Source: Gammaproteobacteria bacterium
GTDB lineage: Bacteria > Pseudomonadota > Gammaproteobacteria > CBDBNL01 > JAAOII01
NCBI GenBank assembly: GCA_965209035.1
Contig: OZ242372.1
Location: 928,001 to 992,000, forward strand
Length of the DNA stretch: 64,000 nt
Reading direction: 5' to 3'
The notes beneath the pieces are model-generated. The model was given only the letters and a program-made list of their open reading frames with translations. It did not search any database and was not told the DNA's origin. Below are positions 52,845-63,404 of the stretch, in pieces; position 1 is the first letter of the stretch, and each line of letters opens with the position of its first letter. The translations under genes and the position numbers were made by a program.

Positions 52845-54554
52845 ATGAACAAAGACCAGCTACCAAGCAGGCACGTTTCCGTAGGACCGGAAAGCGCACC
52901 GCATCGCTCCTACTACTATGCGATGAAAATGACAACCGAGCAGATTAATCAGCCTTTTGTCGGCGTGGCAACCTGCTGGAACGAAGCAGCCCCCTGCAAC
53001 ATAGACCTGGCACGCCAAGCCCAGGCCGTAAAAAAAGGCGTTAACCGGGCAAAGGGAACACCGCGCGAATTCACAACCATCACGGTAACCGACGGCATCG
53101 CCATGGGACACAGCGGGATGAAGTCTTCGCTGCCGAGTCGCGATCTGATTGCGGACTCTGTTGAAATGACCATGCGCGGACACTGTTACGATGCCCTGGT
53201 CGGGCTGGCAGGATGTGACAAGTCCTTGCCGGGAATGATGATGGCAATGTGCCGCTTAAATGTCCCTTCGGTTTTTATTTACGGCGGCACCATCCTGCCC
53301 GGCCGTTACAAGGGCAAGGATGTGACCGTTGTGGATGTCTTTGAAGCGGTCGGCACCCATGCGGCCGGCAAGATGAGCGATGCCGATCTGACGGAATTGG
53401 AACAGTGTGCCTGTCCTTCCTCCGGTTCCTGCGGCGGACAATTTACGGCAAACACCATGGCATGCGTATCCGAAGCCATGGGACTTGCCATTCTCGGCTC
53501 GGCCGGCGCACCCGCCCCCTATACCTCCCGGGATGCCTATTGCGAAGCGAGCGGCGTTCTGATCATGGAGTGCATTAAAAACAACTTGCGGCCGCGCGAT
53601 ATTGTGACAAGAAAATCTTTGGAAAACGCGGCGCGCGTCGTTGCCGCATCCGGCGGCTCCACCAATGCCGGCTTGCATCTTCCCGCCATCGCGCATGAAT
53701 GCAACATTAAGTTTGATCTGAACGATGTCTGCAAAATCTTTCGCGAGACTCCTTATATTGCCGACCTCAAGCCCGCCGGCAAGTATGTTGCCAAGGATCT
53801 GTTTGAAGTCGGCGGTGTGCCCATCATTCTCAAAACACTGGCGGACGGCGGCTATCTGCACACCGATTGCATCACCGTGAACGGCAAGACGCTGGGAGAA
53901 AATTTGAGCAAGATGAAGTTTCCGTCCAATCAAGATGTCGTCATGCCGATTGACAAGCCATTTAGCATGACCGGCGGTGTGGTCGGTCTGCGAGGGAATC
54001 TGGCGCCGGAAGGTGCTATCGTCAAGATCGCCGGGATGCGGCAATTACAATTTCGCGGTCCCGCGCGCGTGTTTGACCGCGAAGAAGATGCTTTCCGGGC
54101 GGCGGAGAAGCGAGAGTATCGGGCGGGCGATGTCATCGTCATTCGTTACGAAGGGCCCAAAGGCGGCCCCGGTATGCGGGAAATGCTGGCGACCACGGCG
54201 GTACTTTCCGGCCAAGATGCCGGCGGCAAGATTGCCCTGATTACGGACGGGCGGTTTTCGGGTGGCACCCGCGGCTTTTGTGTCGGCCACATAGGACCGG
54301 AGGCCGCGATAGGCGGTCCCATCGGTCTGCTGGAAAACGGCGACATGATCCTGCTGGATGCGGAAAAAGGGATCATTTCCGTGGAACTGGACGAGACCGA
54401 GCTTGCCCGGCGCCGCAAGTTGTGGCGGGCGCGCACCAATGATTTTCAGTCCGGCGCTCTCTGGCGTTATGCTCAAACGGTCGGCCCCGCTTTTCTGGGT
54501 GCCGTCACGCATCCCGGCGCGGCCAAAGAAACTCATGTTTATGCGGACATATAA
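52845..54554 (+). CDS. ilvD: Dihydroxy-acid dehydratase
   Basis: [56 protein letters not shown]. Confidence 0.97.
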   Translation: MNKDQLPSRHVSVGPESAPHRSYYYAMKMTTEQINQPFVGVATCWNEAAPCNIDLARQAQAVKKGVNRAKGTPREFTTITVTDGIAMGHSGMKSSLPSRDLIADSVEMTMRGHCYDALVGLAGCDKSLPGMMMAMCRLNVPSVFIYGGTILPGRYKGKDVTVVDVFEAVGTHAAGKMSDADLTELEQCACPSSGSCGGQFTANTMACVSEAMGLAILGSAGAPAPYTSRDAYCEASGVLIMECIKNNLRPRDIVTRKSLENAARVVAASGGSTNAGLHLPAIAHECNIKFDLNDVCKIFRETPYIADLKPAGKYVAKDLFEVGGVPIILKTLADGGYLHTDCITVNGKTLGENLSKMKFPSNQDVVMPIDKPFSMTGGVVGLRGNLAPEGAIVKIAGMRQLQFRGPARVFDREEDAFRAAEKREYRAGDVIVIRYEGPKGGPGMREMLATTAVLSGQDAGGKIALITDGRFSGGTRGFCVGHIGPEAAIGGPIGLLENGDMILLDAEKGIISVELDETELARRRKLWRARTNDFQSGALWRYAQTVGPAFLGAVTHPGAAKETHVYADI

Positions 54555-54638
54555 TGACAGAGTCATGACAGCAACACTTTGTTTTTCAAACACGGATTAG
54601 TTTATAATAAAAATAAAAAACAAGAGGTCAAAAATCAA

Positions 54639-55100
54639 ATGATAAAAAAACTCAAAAACATCGTCATCGTCCCGATGAGCGGGATACTTTTTTTAGTCGG
54701 TTCCAACAGACAAGAAGTTTGTTGTGTCCCGCCAAAAATTTCGGTTGTGCCGCAATTATTACCCCGCCCGGTTCGCACCGCAAGATCGGCAACTCTTTTT
54801 GCCGTTCTATTCTTGCTTCTGAGTGGCTGTGCTAATTTCGTGGTCCTCAGTCCGGCCGGCAGTCTGGTCCGACTCATTTCCGCGGAAGAAGCCGAAAACT
54901 GCGAAAAGATCGCCGATACCGTTGTCATGGTCGCCGCCAAAGTTGGGGTCATTCGGCGCGATCCGGAAAAAGTGCAAGTGGAAGCCCAAAACATCGCCAA
55001 GAATTCGGCACCGGATTTTGATGCCAATGCGGTTACTCCCCTAAGCGAACTGGGCGAAGATGGCAAGCAAACTTTTGGGATCTATCAATGTCCCGAATAA
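54639..55100 (+). CDS. DUF4156-like lipoprotein (start uncertain)
   Basis: Lipobox LSGC, V.LSPAG..V, C, AKNSA...ANAV and terminal YQC. Confidence 0.7.
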   Translation: MIKKLKNIVIVPMSGILFLVGSNRQEVCCVPPKISVVPQLLPRPVRTARSATLFAVLFLLLSGCANFVVLSPAGSLVRLISAEEAENCEKIADTVVMVAAKVGVIRRDPEKVQVEAQNIAKNSAPDFDANAVTPLSELGEDGKQTFGIYQCPE

Positions 55101-55688
55101 TTGATTGGTTTGGGGAATGATATACAATACTCCTCAGTCTTAAAAAGTGAATGTTTCATAGTGATAAAAACACAAACTAACTTTAATAACGGGTATTTCT
55201 TAGAGCCGGAGGTGATAAAGACTATTCGTGCTTTTCATGATGAAAATAAACCCCCATATCTTGTTAATAAGTTATCGGAGAAATTTGATATAGAGGGGGT
55301 TTATCTTACGGGAATGCCCGAAAATATATCGGGTTGTATTAAGAAGACGGAAACAGGAAAATATGAAATATTACTTAATAGAGATGAACACCATAATCGC
55401 AGACGCTTTACGGCCGCACACGAATTAGCCCATCTTCTGTTACACAGAGATGATATAGGAGATGGGGTAAATGATGATGTTTTGTATCGCAGCAAGCTAT
55501 CTACTTTTCAAGAGGTGCAAGCAAATCAATTGGCGGCGGATATTTTAATGCCTTTTGATAAGATTTATGCTTTACTGCAAACAGGAACAAAATTACGCGA
55601 GTTACCTTCTATTTTTGAAGTTTCAAACATAACGATGTGTATTCGTCTTGATATCAGTGAGTTTGTGCTATTTAGCCCAAATCAATAA
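55101..55688 (+). CDS. ImmA/IrrE-family metallopeptidase (start uncertain)
   Basis: RRRFTAAHELAHLLLH (HExxH), E.QAN.LAADILMP and F.VS motifs. Confidence 0.88.
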   Translation: MIGLGNDIQYSSVLKSECFIVIKTQTNFNNGYFLEPEVIKTIRAFHDENKPPYLVNKLSEKFDIEGVYLTGMPENISGCIKKTETGKYEILLNRDEHHNRRRFTAAHELAHLLLHRDDIGDGVNDDVLYRSKLSTFQEVQANQLAADILMPFDKIYALLQTGTKLRELPSIFEVSNITMCIRLDISEFVLFSPNQ

Positions 55689-55843
55689 AGACGATGGCTT
55701 GCAAGGATAGCCACGTATGTGCCAATTTAGAGTATTGTCCAATTATCTTCGAAGGTATGATTGCCGTTTCGTTTATAGTTCCTTAAAAAATAACAATTTA
55801 TTACTGCCACAGGGAAGCGTTTAACTTATGGCTTATATAAGAG

Positions 55844-56668
55844 ATGAATAAGTCAGTAGTGATGTACAAAAGAGAAACAGAGATAAAAATGGGGGATAAC
55901 TTTGATAAGTTCTATACGAACAATGAGGTTGTTCGCGAGTGTTTGAAGCATTTGGATATAGCATCTTATGATTTTGTTATTGAGCCGTCAGCGGGTAGCG
56001 GCGCTTTCTACCATTCCATTAATCACAAGAATAAGGTTGGTTTGGATATCAAGCCGGAGCATTGGGAAATAATCAAGCAGGATTGGTTTTCTTATGTTGT
56101 TAGCGAGGATTATAAAAATGTCTTGGTTGTGGGTAATCCTCCGTTTGGTAAGTTCCATAAGTTGTCTTCCGCATTTTTAGAGCGTGCTTTTTCTTTTGGT
56201 AATATTCAAACTGTGGGTTTTATTCTTCCCGATGTGTATAGGAAATATACAAGACAGAGAATCATACCGGATCATTGGAGGATAAAGAGCATAGTTAATA
56301 TAGGCGAGAATGCTTTTATGTTTGAGAATGAGGTAAGGCATATTCCCTGTTCCTTCTTTGTCTTTGATAAGTCAAGGGGGCGGGATTTAAGGGATAACCC
56401 TTATCAGCATGCGGACAAGGTGGATTTTTATTTTGGCACTAAGAACTATTTTGATTTATTTTTATTTGGTGCGGCACCCAAGCGGATTATAACTAATCCT
56501 AAGCCGAATAACAGAGGGCATTTTATTAAGTCCAAGATTGGGGCGGACAAGTTAATCAATAGATTACTGGCTATTAATTGGCGGGGCTTATCCGGTGCCG
56601 GCGGGGGTGTGTATTGGTTAACTCAGGGGGAGATCATCAAGCATTATTACGACGCCTACTGTGTATGA
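55844..56668 (+). CDS. Orphan N6-adenine-type DNA methyltransferase
   Basis: DKFYT, IEPSAGSGAF (motif I) and VGNPPFG (motif IV). Confidence 0.82.
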   Translation: MNKSVVMYKRETEIKMGDNFDKFYTNNEVVRECLKHLDIASYDFVIEPSAGSGAFYHSINHKNKVGLDIKPEHWEIIKQDWFSYVVSEDYKNVLVVGNPPFGKFHKLSSAFLERAFSFGNIQTVGFILPDVYRKYTRQRIIPDHWRIKSIVNIGENAFMFENEVRHIPCSFFVFDKSRGRDLRDNPYQHADKVDFYFGTKNYFDLFLFGAAPKRIITNPKPNNRGHFIKSKIGADKLINRLLAINWRGLSGAGGGVYWLTQGEIIKHYYDAYCV

Positions 56669-56800
56669 ATATACCGATTAATTTAAGAGTACATTATGCC
56701 CCGGGTTTATGCCCTTGGTCCATAATTATTTCTTAAAAAACAAATAAACAAACTATCTATTACGGCAAACTATTACAACAATTTATTACAACAAACTATT

Positions 56801-57361
56801 ATGGAAAATACAAGAAAAAATACTTTGGCGATTGACGAGCAATTCATTGAACGCTGGTCTTCTCGTCAATTTAATGGAACTGCGTTGACTGAAAACGAAC
56901 TGGCGCAGATCTTTGAAGCCGCCCGTTGGTCGCCCTCTTGCTTTAACGAGCAACCGTGGTTCTTTCTCCTGCCCGAAAACCCGGCGCGACATGCAAAATT
57001 TTTATCTCTTCTTATGGAAGGAAACCGTGCTTGGGTGGAAAAGGCGGGACTGCTGTGTTACCAAATATCCGCCCGTCACTTTCGCCACAACGACAAACCC
57101 AATCGTCACTATGCGTATGACGCGGGTGCGGCCTGGATGGCACTGGCTTTGCGCGCCCATTCCATGGGTCTCAGTGCCCACGCCATGGCCGGATTTGACG
57201 CGGAGAAATCCTATGCCGTTTTGGGAGTGGACAAAAGCAAATACGAAGTTCTGTCCGCCATCGCCATCGGTTGGCCGCTTGAAGAAGCCAAACAGACCGA
57301 AGAGCGCACGGAACGCAAATCACTTTCTTTGGTTCACGGCACCAAGATGCCGGCGGGTTGA
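56801..57361 (+). CDS. Nitroreductase family protein
   Basis: RWS.R.F, EAARWSPSCFNEQPW, YDAGAAW, H.MAGFD. Confidence 0.93.
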   Translation: MENTRKNTLAIDEQFIERWSSRQFNGTALTENELAQIFEAARWSPSCFNEQPWFFLLPENPARHAKFLSLLMEGNRAWVEKAGLLCYQISARHFRHNDKPNRHYAYDAGAAWMALALRAHSMGLSAHAMAGFDAEKSYAVLGVDKSKYEVLSAIAIGWPLEEAKQTEERTERKSLSLVHGTKMPAG

Positions 57362-57671
57362 GGAATTAAGAGATCAACAAAAAAGCAGCCGCCCGAAAAT
57401 AACTCAACAGCAATCAAACAGCAGCCCAACAATAGTCCAATAATAGCTCAACAATAGACCGATAATTTGCCCCTCGGTAGTTTACGGCTGCTACGCGATG
57501 ATTCGCCGGTGGGGATAGTTGGTAGCGGTTGGCCGAATTAAGGGATTAAGGACTTAAGAGATTAATCAAAAAGCAGCCCAACAGCAATTTACCCCGGGTA
57601 GTTGGTGACGGTTGGTTGGGTAGTTAGTTGGTTGATTGGTGGCGGTTGGTTGGCAGTTGGGCAGTTAGGTA

Positions 57672-57958
57672 GTCGGCCGGGCAGGTTGGTGACGGCTTAG
57701 TGTTTACCCCTTTTGCAGAAGCCTCTGTAACCAGTTAACCAAAGCATCGCAGCCGCGCACCACATTCGGGGCCGCGGACATCAAGGCGTTCGGATTGGCG
57801 GGGTTGGCTGTGGTTGATTGGGCAATTGGGTAGTCGGTCGGCCGGGCAGGTTGGTGACGGCTTAGTGTTTACCCCTTTTGCAGAAGCCTCTGTAACCAGT
57901 TAACCAAAGCATCGCAGCCGCGCACCACATTCGGTGCCGCGGACATCAAAGCGTTCGG
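57672..57958. repeat. 122-bp duplication of the aminotransferase 3' end (offset 165 bp)
   Basis: 57672-57793 versus 57837-57958 with two mismatches. Confidence 0.92.
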
Positions 57959-59212
57959 GTCCGCAATAGATTTCGCAGCATCTTTCGCAGCACCTTCCGA
58001 AGCATCTTTCGCAGCGTATTCCCCTATTTCCCGCAAACGCTCCAGCATCGCGCCGCCCTCATAATCCACGGTTGCCAAACGCACCGCAAAACAATCCGGC
58101 GGCATACCAAAGTCTTCCGCGGGTAGCAAGACAACTCCCGCTTCTTCCAACAGAACATCGCACAGAGTGCGACTGTCGGCGATACCTCTTGCCCGCAAGG
58201 CGGCGGCATGGCGATTGAAGTCCGGAAAAAGATAAAACCCGCCGGCTGCCGGCAAGCAATCCAACCCGCCCTCTGTTAACCTGCCGCACACATAACGGGC
58301 AACCATCCCGTGAATACGCGTACATTCCTCCAAGTAACGATTGATTTCCGCATCATCGGAATAGGCGCGACAGGCCGCATATTGAATCGGCGAAGAAACA
58401 CAACTGAAAGTCTCACTAATCAGGGCCGCAAGAGCCGGCATCATCTCGCTTAAAGCGGGCGGGACAAAAGCAAACCCCAATCGGTAACCGCCGGCCGAGA
58501 AGGCCTTGCTTAACCCGGAAGTTACAATCGTCCGCTCCGGCGCATAGGCGGAAATGCCGGGCATTCCCTTGCCGTCAAAAGACACCTGCGCGTAAATCTC
58601 ATCCGACAGGATGAACAACCCGTGTTTGTCGGCAAACCGAGCGAGCGCGCGCAGTTCGTCATCCGCAAACACCGTGCCGAGAGGATTGCTCGGGCTATTG
58701 ATCAGCAGAAGTTTTTGATCTTCGCCGGCTTTGTTCGCCGCTTCAATCGCGTCTTCCAATGCGTCCAGGGATAGTCTGTATCCCGATTTGAAGTCGCCGC
58801 GAACGGGCAGCGTCAGTTTGCCGATGAGTTGTGCCTGCGGATGATAACTGACCCAGCAGGGAGCCGGCAACAAAAGAGCCCCTTCCAAAACAAGCATCAG
58901 GTCAAACAGCAATTCCTTGCTTCCCGGGCCTACAATAATATTTTCCGCCTCCCACTCATAGCCGCGCTTTGAAAAATAAGCGGCAATGGCCGCACGCAAC
59001 TTGGGCAAGCCGAAGGTCGGCTGGTATTCTTTTTTGTCGCTGTGTGCTTCCAACTCGCTCCGAATCGCCGGATGCACCGGGAACGGCGACTGTCCAAAAC
59101 CGAAATGGGTGATCTTTTGACCGGCGGCACGCATCTGCAATGCGCGTTGATTGATGGCAAGGGTGGCGGACTGTCGCACCCGTTCCACTTTGGGGTTAAT
59201 TTTAACGATCAT
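57869..59212 (-). CDS. Class I/II PLP-dependent aminotransferase (aspartate aminotransferase-like)
   Basis: NSPSNPLG, SDEIY and SGLSKAFSAGGYRLG (PLP lysine). Confidence 0.93.
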   Translation of the reverse strand: MIVKINPKVERVRQSATLAINQRALQMRAAGQKITHFGFGQSPFPVHPAIRSELEAHSDKKEYQPTFGLPKLRAAIAAYFSKRGYEWEAENIIVGPGSKELLFDLMLVLEGALLLPAPCWVSYHPQAQLIGKLTLPVRGDFKSGYRLSLDALEDAIEAANKAGEDQKLLLINSPSNPLGTVFADDELRALARFADKHGLFILSDEIYAQVSFDGKGMPGISAYAPERTIVTSGLSKAFSAGGYRLGFAFVPPALSEMMPALAALISETFSCVSSPIQYAACRAYSDDAEINRYLEECTRIHGMVARYVCGRLTEGGLDCLPAAGGFYLFPDFNRHAAALRARGIADSRTLCDVLLEEAGVVLLPAEDFGMPPDCFAVRLATVDYEGGAMLERLREIGEYAAKDASEGAAKDAAKSIADPNALMSAAPNVVRGCDALVNWLQRLLQKG

Positions 59213-59360
59213 AGGGAATAGAAGTTTTTTGATATGCTTCTTTCATTTTATACGGTGATTTTTTAAAAATGGCGATTTATTGCCATAAACCGCCTGTTTG
59301 CCAAGCATAACAAGTAAAATTTCTGCGATAACGAATGGGTTTTTTCCCTCCCCCCCTTAA

Positions 59361-59409
59361 TAAAGGATAAAGGATAAAGGATAAACGATAAACGATAAAG
59401 GATAAACTA
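59361..59409 (+). repeat. 7-bp tandem repeat (TAAAGGA/TAAACGA) x7 abutting the pstC start
   Basis: Directly visible. Confidence 0.9.
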
Positions 59410-61661
59410 TGATAAGAAGCATGACAAAAACTACAAAAAAACGGATCGTCTATCGCCACACACTTGACCTGGCGGCGGAAACTCTGATTCGCCTCGGCGG
59501 TATTGGCGTCATCCTTGTCGTGATTTTGGTTTTCGTTTACTTGTTACGCCAGGTCATGCCTTTGTTTGGCACCCCCGAATTAAGTTTACAAGACAAACAC
59601 AGTATCCGGCAGGACAGCCAACAGCAACACGGCGAAGAGATTTTTCATCTTGCCCTGGAACGACAAAATCAAATCGTGGCGCAACTCGTTGAAAGCCCGG
59701 GTGCCGTCCGTCTCGTGTTTTATGATATCAGCCGCAAGTTGGAGCTGCCCCAACACCTCATATCCGCCGATAAAATTCAAACATTCGCCGCCGACTCTCC
59801 CCAAAGACGCACCCTGGCAATCAGTGTCAGTGCCAACAATGGCGAGGTGATTCTGTTACGCCACAATTACGAAGAAGATTTTTCCACCGCCACAAGATTA
59901 ATGGTCCCGCAGGTATCCTATCCGTTCGGCGCCGAGCCGATTGCCTTGTCTTCCTCGCGTCTGACACAGATCGCCTTGTTGAGCGACCAACGGCAGCTAA
60001 CGCTGATCGGCTATGATGCGGCCGGCGAACTGCACGGCAAGAGTCTGCTGCGTTCGGAAAACCTGATTACCGGCGAGATTGCGCGCGAAGAAAATGACCT
60101 CAAACTACCGCGCCTCGCCCGGCAACCGGACTTCATGCTTCTTTTTGAAAGCCAACTGTTTCTCCTTGCAGCTGGCCGAGACGGCGATGCCACCGTCATC
60201 CGCTTGGACGGCAGCCAACCCGCTCAAAACATCCGATTGACGGCGCCGGGCATCCGACTGACCGGCGTTTGGCGCATGCTCGGCGACTATTCCATACTCA
60301 CGGCGGATGCAACGGGGAGAGTCACACAGTGGTTTATGCGCACCGGCGAGGGACAACGCAAAGAACTCGCCAAAATCAGGCACTTTGATGTCGGCGAACC
60401 GGTTGCATCGATCCGGCCGGTCGAGAACAGTAAGAGTTTTTTGGTTCTAACCGAAAGCGGCCGGTTACTGTTTGTCAATGGTCCGGCCCAACGCATCAGT
60501 TTGGACGAAATCCTGGTGAACTCAGCGGCGGAACTCAAAGACCTTGCCGTTTCGCCGCGCGCCAACGGGTTAATCACAATCAACCGGCAAAGCGAATTAT
60601 CTTTTTACAACATCAACAATCCGCACGCCGAGATCTCGTTGCATCGCCTGGTAGGGAAAATTTGGTATGAAAATTACGAGGAACCCTCTTGGGCATGGCA
60701 GGCCTCCTCCGCCGCGGACGATTTTGAACCCAAGTACAGCGTCATCCCTCTGACTTTCGGCACCCTGAAAGCCGCCTTTTATGCGATGCTCTTCAGTGCG
60801 CCGCTGGGAATTGCGGCTGCCATCTATACTTCTTTTTTTATGGGCGCCGGATTGCGGCGCAAAGTGAAGCCCGTCATAGAGCTCATGGAAGCATTCCCGA
60901 CCGTGATTCTGGGCTTCATTGCCGGCCTGGTGCTTGCCCCCTATTTTGAAAAGCATCTGCCCGGCATTTTTACGCTGCTCATCCTGTTGCCGCCGGTTAC
61001 CATCGCTTTTGGTCTGCTATTTAGTTTGTTGCCGTTTCGCTACCGCAACGCCGTAGGCCCCGGCTGGATGAGTCTCTTCTTGATCCCGCTGTTCCTGCTG
61101 ACCGGATATCTTCTGATGCAACTAAGTCCCATAATGGAGTTGATTTTGTTTGACGGCGATCTGCGCGTCTGGTTATCACAGAACGGCATAGACTACAATC
61201 AACGCAACGCAATGGTAGTCGGCATCGCCATGGGGTTGGCGGTGATTCCTTCCATTTACTCTATCGCCGAGGATGCTCTGTTTTCGGTACCGAGCAATAT
61301 GGTTCAAGGAGCCTACGCACTCGGCGCCACGCCACTGCAAAATGTGCTGCGCATCGTCCTGCCCGCCGCACTCAGCGGTATTCTGTCGGCATTAATGATC
61401 GGCTTTGGCCGAGCCGTCGGCGAAACGATGATTGTGCTCATGGCAACCGGCAATACGCCGCTGATAGATATGAGTATCTTCACCGGTCTGCGCACCCTTG
61501 CCGCCAACATCGCGGTGGAGCTGCCCGAATCGCCGGTCGGCGGTTCGCATTTTAGAATTCTCTTCCTGTGTGGCTTGATTCTGTTTGTCTTCACTTTTAT
61601 CATCAATAGTCTGGCGGAAGTCATCCGACACAGAATTCGCAAAAAATATGCGAACATATGA
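59409..61661 (+). CDS. pstC: Phosphate ABC permease PstC, long form with large periplasmic domain
   Basis: FGTLKAA, KPVIELMEAFPTVILG, GRAVGETMIVLMATGNTP. Confidence 0.93.
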   Translation: MIRSMTKTTKKRIVYRHTLDLAAETLIRLGGIGVILVVILVFVYLLRQVMPLFGTPELSLQDKHSIRQDSQQQHGEEIFHLALERQNQIVAQLVESPGAVRLVFYDISRKLELPQHLISADKIQTFAADSPQRRTLAISVSANNGEVILLRHNYEEDFSTATRLMVPQVSYPFGAEPIALSSSRLTQIALLSDQRQLTLIGYDAAGELHGKSLLRSENLITGEIAREENDLKLPRLARQPDFMLLFESQLFLLAAGRDGDATVIRLDGSQPAQNIRLTAPGIRLTGVWRMLGDYSILTADATGRVTQWFMRTGEGQRKELAKIRHFDVGEPVASIRPVENSKSFLVLTESGRLLFVNGPAQRISLDEILVNSAAELKDLAVSPRANGLITINRQSELSFYNINNPHAEISLHRLVGKIWYENYEEPSWAWQASSAADDFEPKYSVIPLTFGTLKAAFYAMLFSAPLGIAAAIYTSFFMGAGLRRKVKPVIELMEAFPTVILGFIAGLVLAPYFEKHLPGIFTLLILLPPVTIAFGLLFSLLPFRYRNAVGPGWMSLFLIPLFLLTGYLLMQLSPIMELILFDGDLRVWLSQNGIDYNQRNAMVVGIAMGLAVIPSIYSIAEDALFSVPSNMVQGAYALGATPLQNVLRIVLPAALSGILSALMIGFGRAVGETMIVLMATGNTPLIDMSIFTGLRTLAANIAVELPESPVGGSHFRILFLCGLILFVFTFIINSLAEVIRHRIRKKYANI

Positions 61662-63358
61662 AGTCCGGTAATATGAAAAACAAGACCGGCTGGCGACATT
61701 TTTTCCGCAGCGGCGATTACGGCATATGGCTGTTCGCCGGAGCACTTGCCTGCTGTCTCATTCTTGTCGGCTCGGTGATGCTGCTCATTCTGACAAAAGG
61801 CTTCGCGCACTTTATGCCCGGACAGCTGCATTCTATGGAAGTGCGCTCGGGCGAAGAGTCCGTTTCTCTGGCGGGTGAAATTGTCAACAGCGAAACCATC
61901 ACAAGGGCGCAGCTGCTCGGCAGCGGTTATGAGCCACAGGAAATAGCGGATCTTTACGAACGCATCTTACTTAAGATCGGCAATCGCGAGTTCGGCGGCG
62001 GTGATTTTGTATGGGTTGTCCGGGACAGCATCACCCGGCAAACGATGCCCGAAGAACTCACCGCCATAGAACGCAGGGAATACGGTAACTTTTACGGTTA
62101 TCCTGTGGCGATGACCATTGGCGGCGCAGCACCCCGCAGATACGATTTGGCGGAAACCGAGCAGGCCGAATGGGCAAAAGCCTTGTCGCAAACTGTCCGT
62201 CGCGCGCGCAAACTCTTTGAGGAAGCACAAAAACTGGAAAAAAACGAACTGCGCGATCTGAACTATGGGATGGAAAAATTGCGATTAAAAGAAAGACGCC
62301 TCGTCTTGGAGAACCGGGCAACCGAAGCCGCCATAGCAACGATTAACCAAAGGCGCGAAAAATTCGCAAAAGAATATGAGATCCTGGCGACGCAACTGGG
62401 CAAGATTAATCGGCAACTGCAAAGAGACACTCTGATCATGCGCACCGCCGCCGGCACGCAAACGGATATCCCGTTTGCACGCATCGTGCGTTTGTATCAA
62501 ACCAACAAACTGGGTCTTGCCGGCAGACTGCGTATTTATGGTATGCGTTTGGCGGAGTTCGTCGGCGGCGAGCCGCGCGAAAGCAACACCGAAGGAGGCA
62601 TCTTTCCCGCAATTTTTGGAACTGTGATCATGGTTTTTTTAATGACCCTCTTCGTTTTGCCGCTGGGTGTGATCGCATCCGTTTACCTGTATCTTTACGC
62701 CAGACAAAATCGGTTGACGCGCTTCGTGCGTATTGCCGTTAACAATCTTGCCGGTGTTCCTTCCATCGTTTACGGAATGTTTGGGCTGGGCTTCTTTGTT
62801 TATACCCTTGGCGGCAGCATAGACCGGGTATTTTATCCCGAAGCCCTGCCGGCGCCCACCTTCGGCAGCGGCGGTATTCTTTGGGCGTCTCTCACGCTTG
62901 CCCTGCTCACCCTGCCGGTGGTCATAGTTGCCACCGAAGAGGGGCTCGTGCGCGTTCCGCGCAATCTAACCGAAGGGAGCATGGCCCTGGGCGCCACCCG
63001 GCTGGAAACACTGCTCAAGATTTCCATCCCGATTGCCAGCCCGGCCATCATGACGGGAATGATTCTCGCCATTGCCCGGGCGACCGGTGAGGTCGCGCCG
63101 CTGATGCTGGTGGGCGCGGTCAAGTTGGCACCCGCTCTGCCCTTGGACGGCAACTTCCCGTTCATTCATCCGGAAAGAAAATTCATGCATCTCGGATTTC
63201 ATATTTTTGATGTGGGATTTCAAAGCCCGAACATAGAAGCGGCGCGGCCGCTGGTGTACTCCACCGCCGCGCTTCTTATCATGATCATTATTGTTCTCAA
63301 CGCCACGGCGGTTTACCTGCGTAACCGACTGCGCGAGAAGTTTAAAAATTTAAATTAA
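61658..63358 (+). CDS. pstA: Phosphate ABC permease PstA
   Basis: PRESNTEGGIFPAIFGT, NLAGVPSIVYG, ARATGEVAPL. Confidence 0.95.
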   Translation: MKSGNMKNKTGWRHFFRSGDYGIWLFAGALACCLILVGSVMLLILTKGFAHFMPGQLHSMEVRSGEESVSLAGEIVNSETITRAQLLGSGYEPQEIADLYERILLKIGNREFGGGDFVWVVRDSITRQTMPEELTAIERREYGNFYGYPVAMTIGGAAPRRYDLAETEQAEWAKALSQTVRRARKLFEEAQKLEKNELRDLNYGMEKLRLKERRLVLENRATEAAIATINQRREKFAKEYEILATQLGKINRQLQRDTLIMRTAAGTQTDIPFARIVRLYQTNKLGLAGRLRIYGMRLAEFVGGEPRESNTEGGIFPAIFGTVIMVFLMTLFVLPLGVIASVYLYLYARQNRLTRFVRIAVNNLAGVPSIVYGMFGLGFFVYTLGGSIDRVFYPEALPAPTFGSGGILWASLTLALLTLPVVIVATEEGLVRVPRNLTEGSMALGATRLETLLKISIPIASPAIMTGMILAIARATGEVAPLMLVGAVKLAPALPLDGNFPFIHPERKFMHLGFHIFDVGFQSPNIEAARPLVYSTAALLIMIIIVLNATAVYLRNRLREKFKNLN

Positions 63359-63404
63359 AAGAGGGTAAACCCGAAAAAACAATAAGCAATTAAATAATTA
63401 ACGA

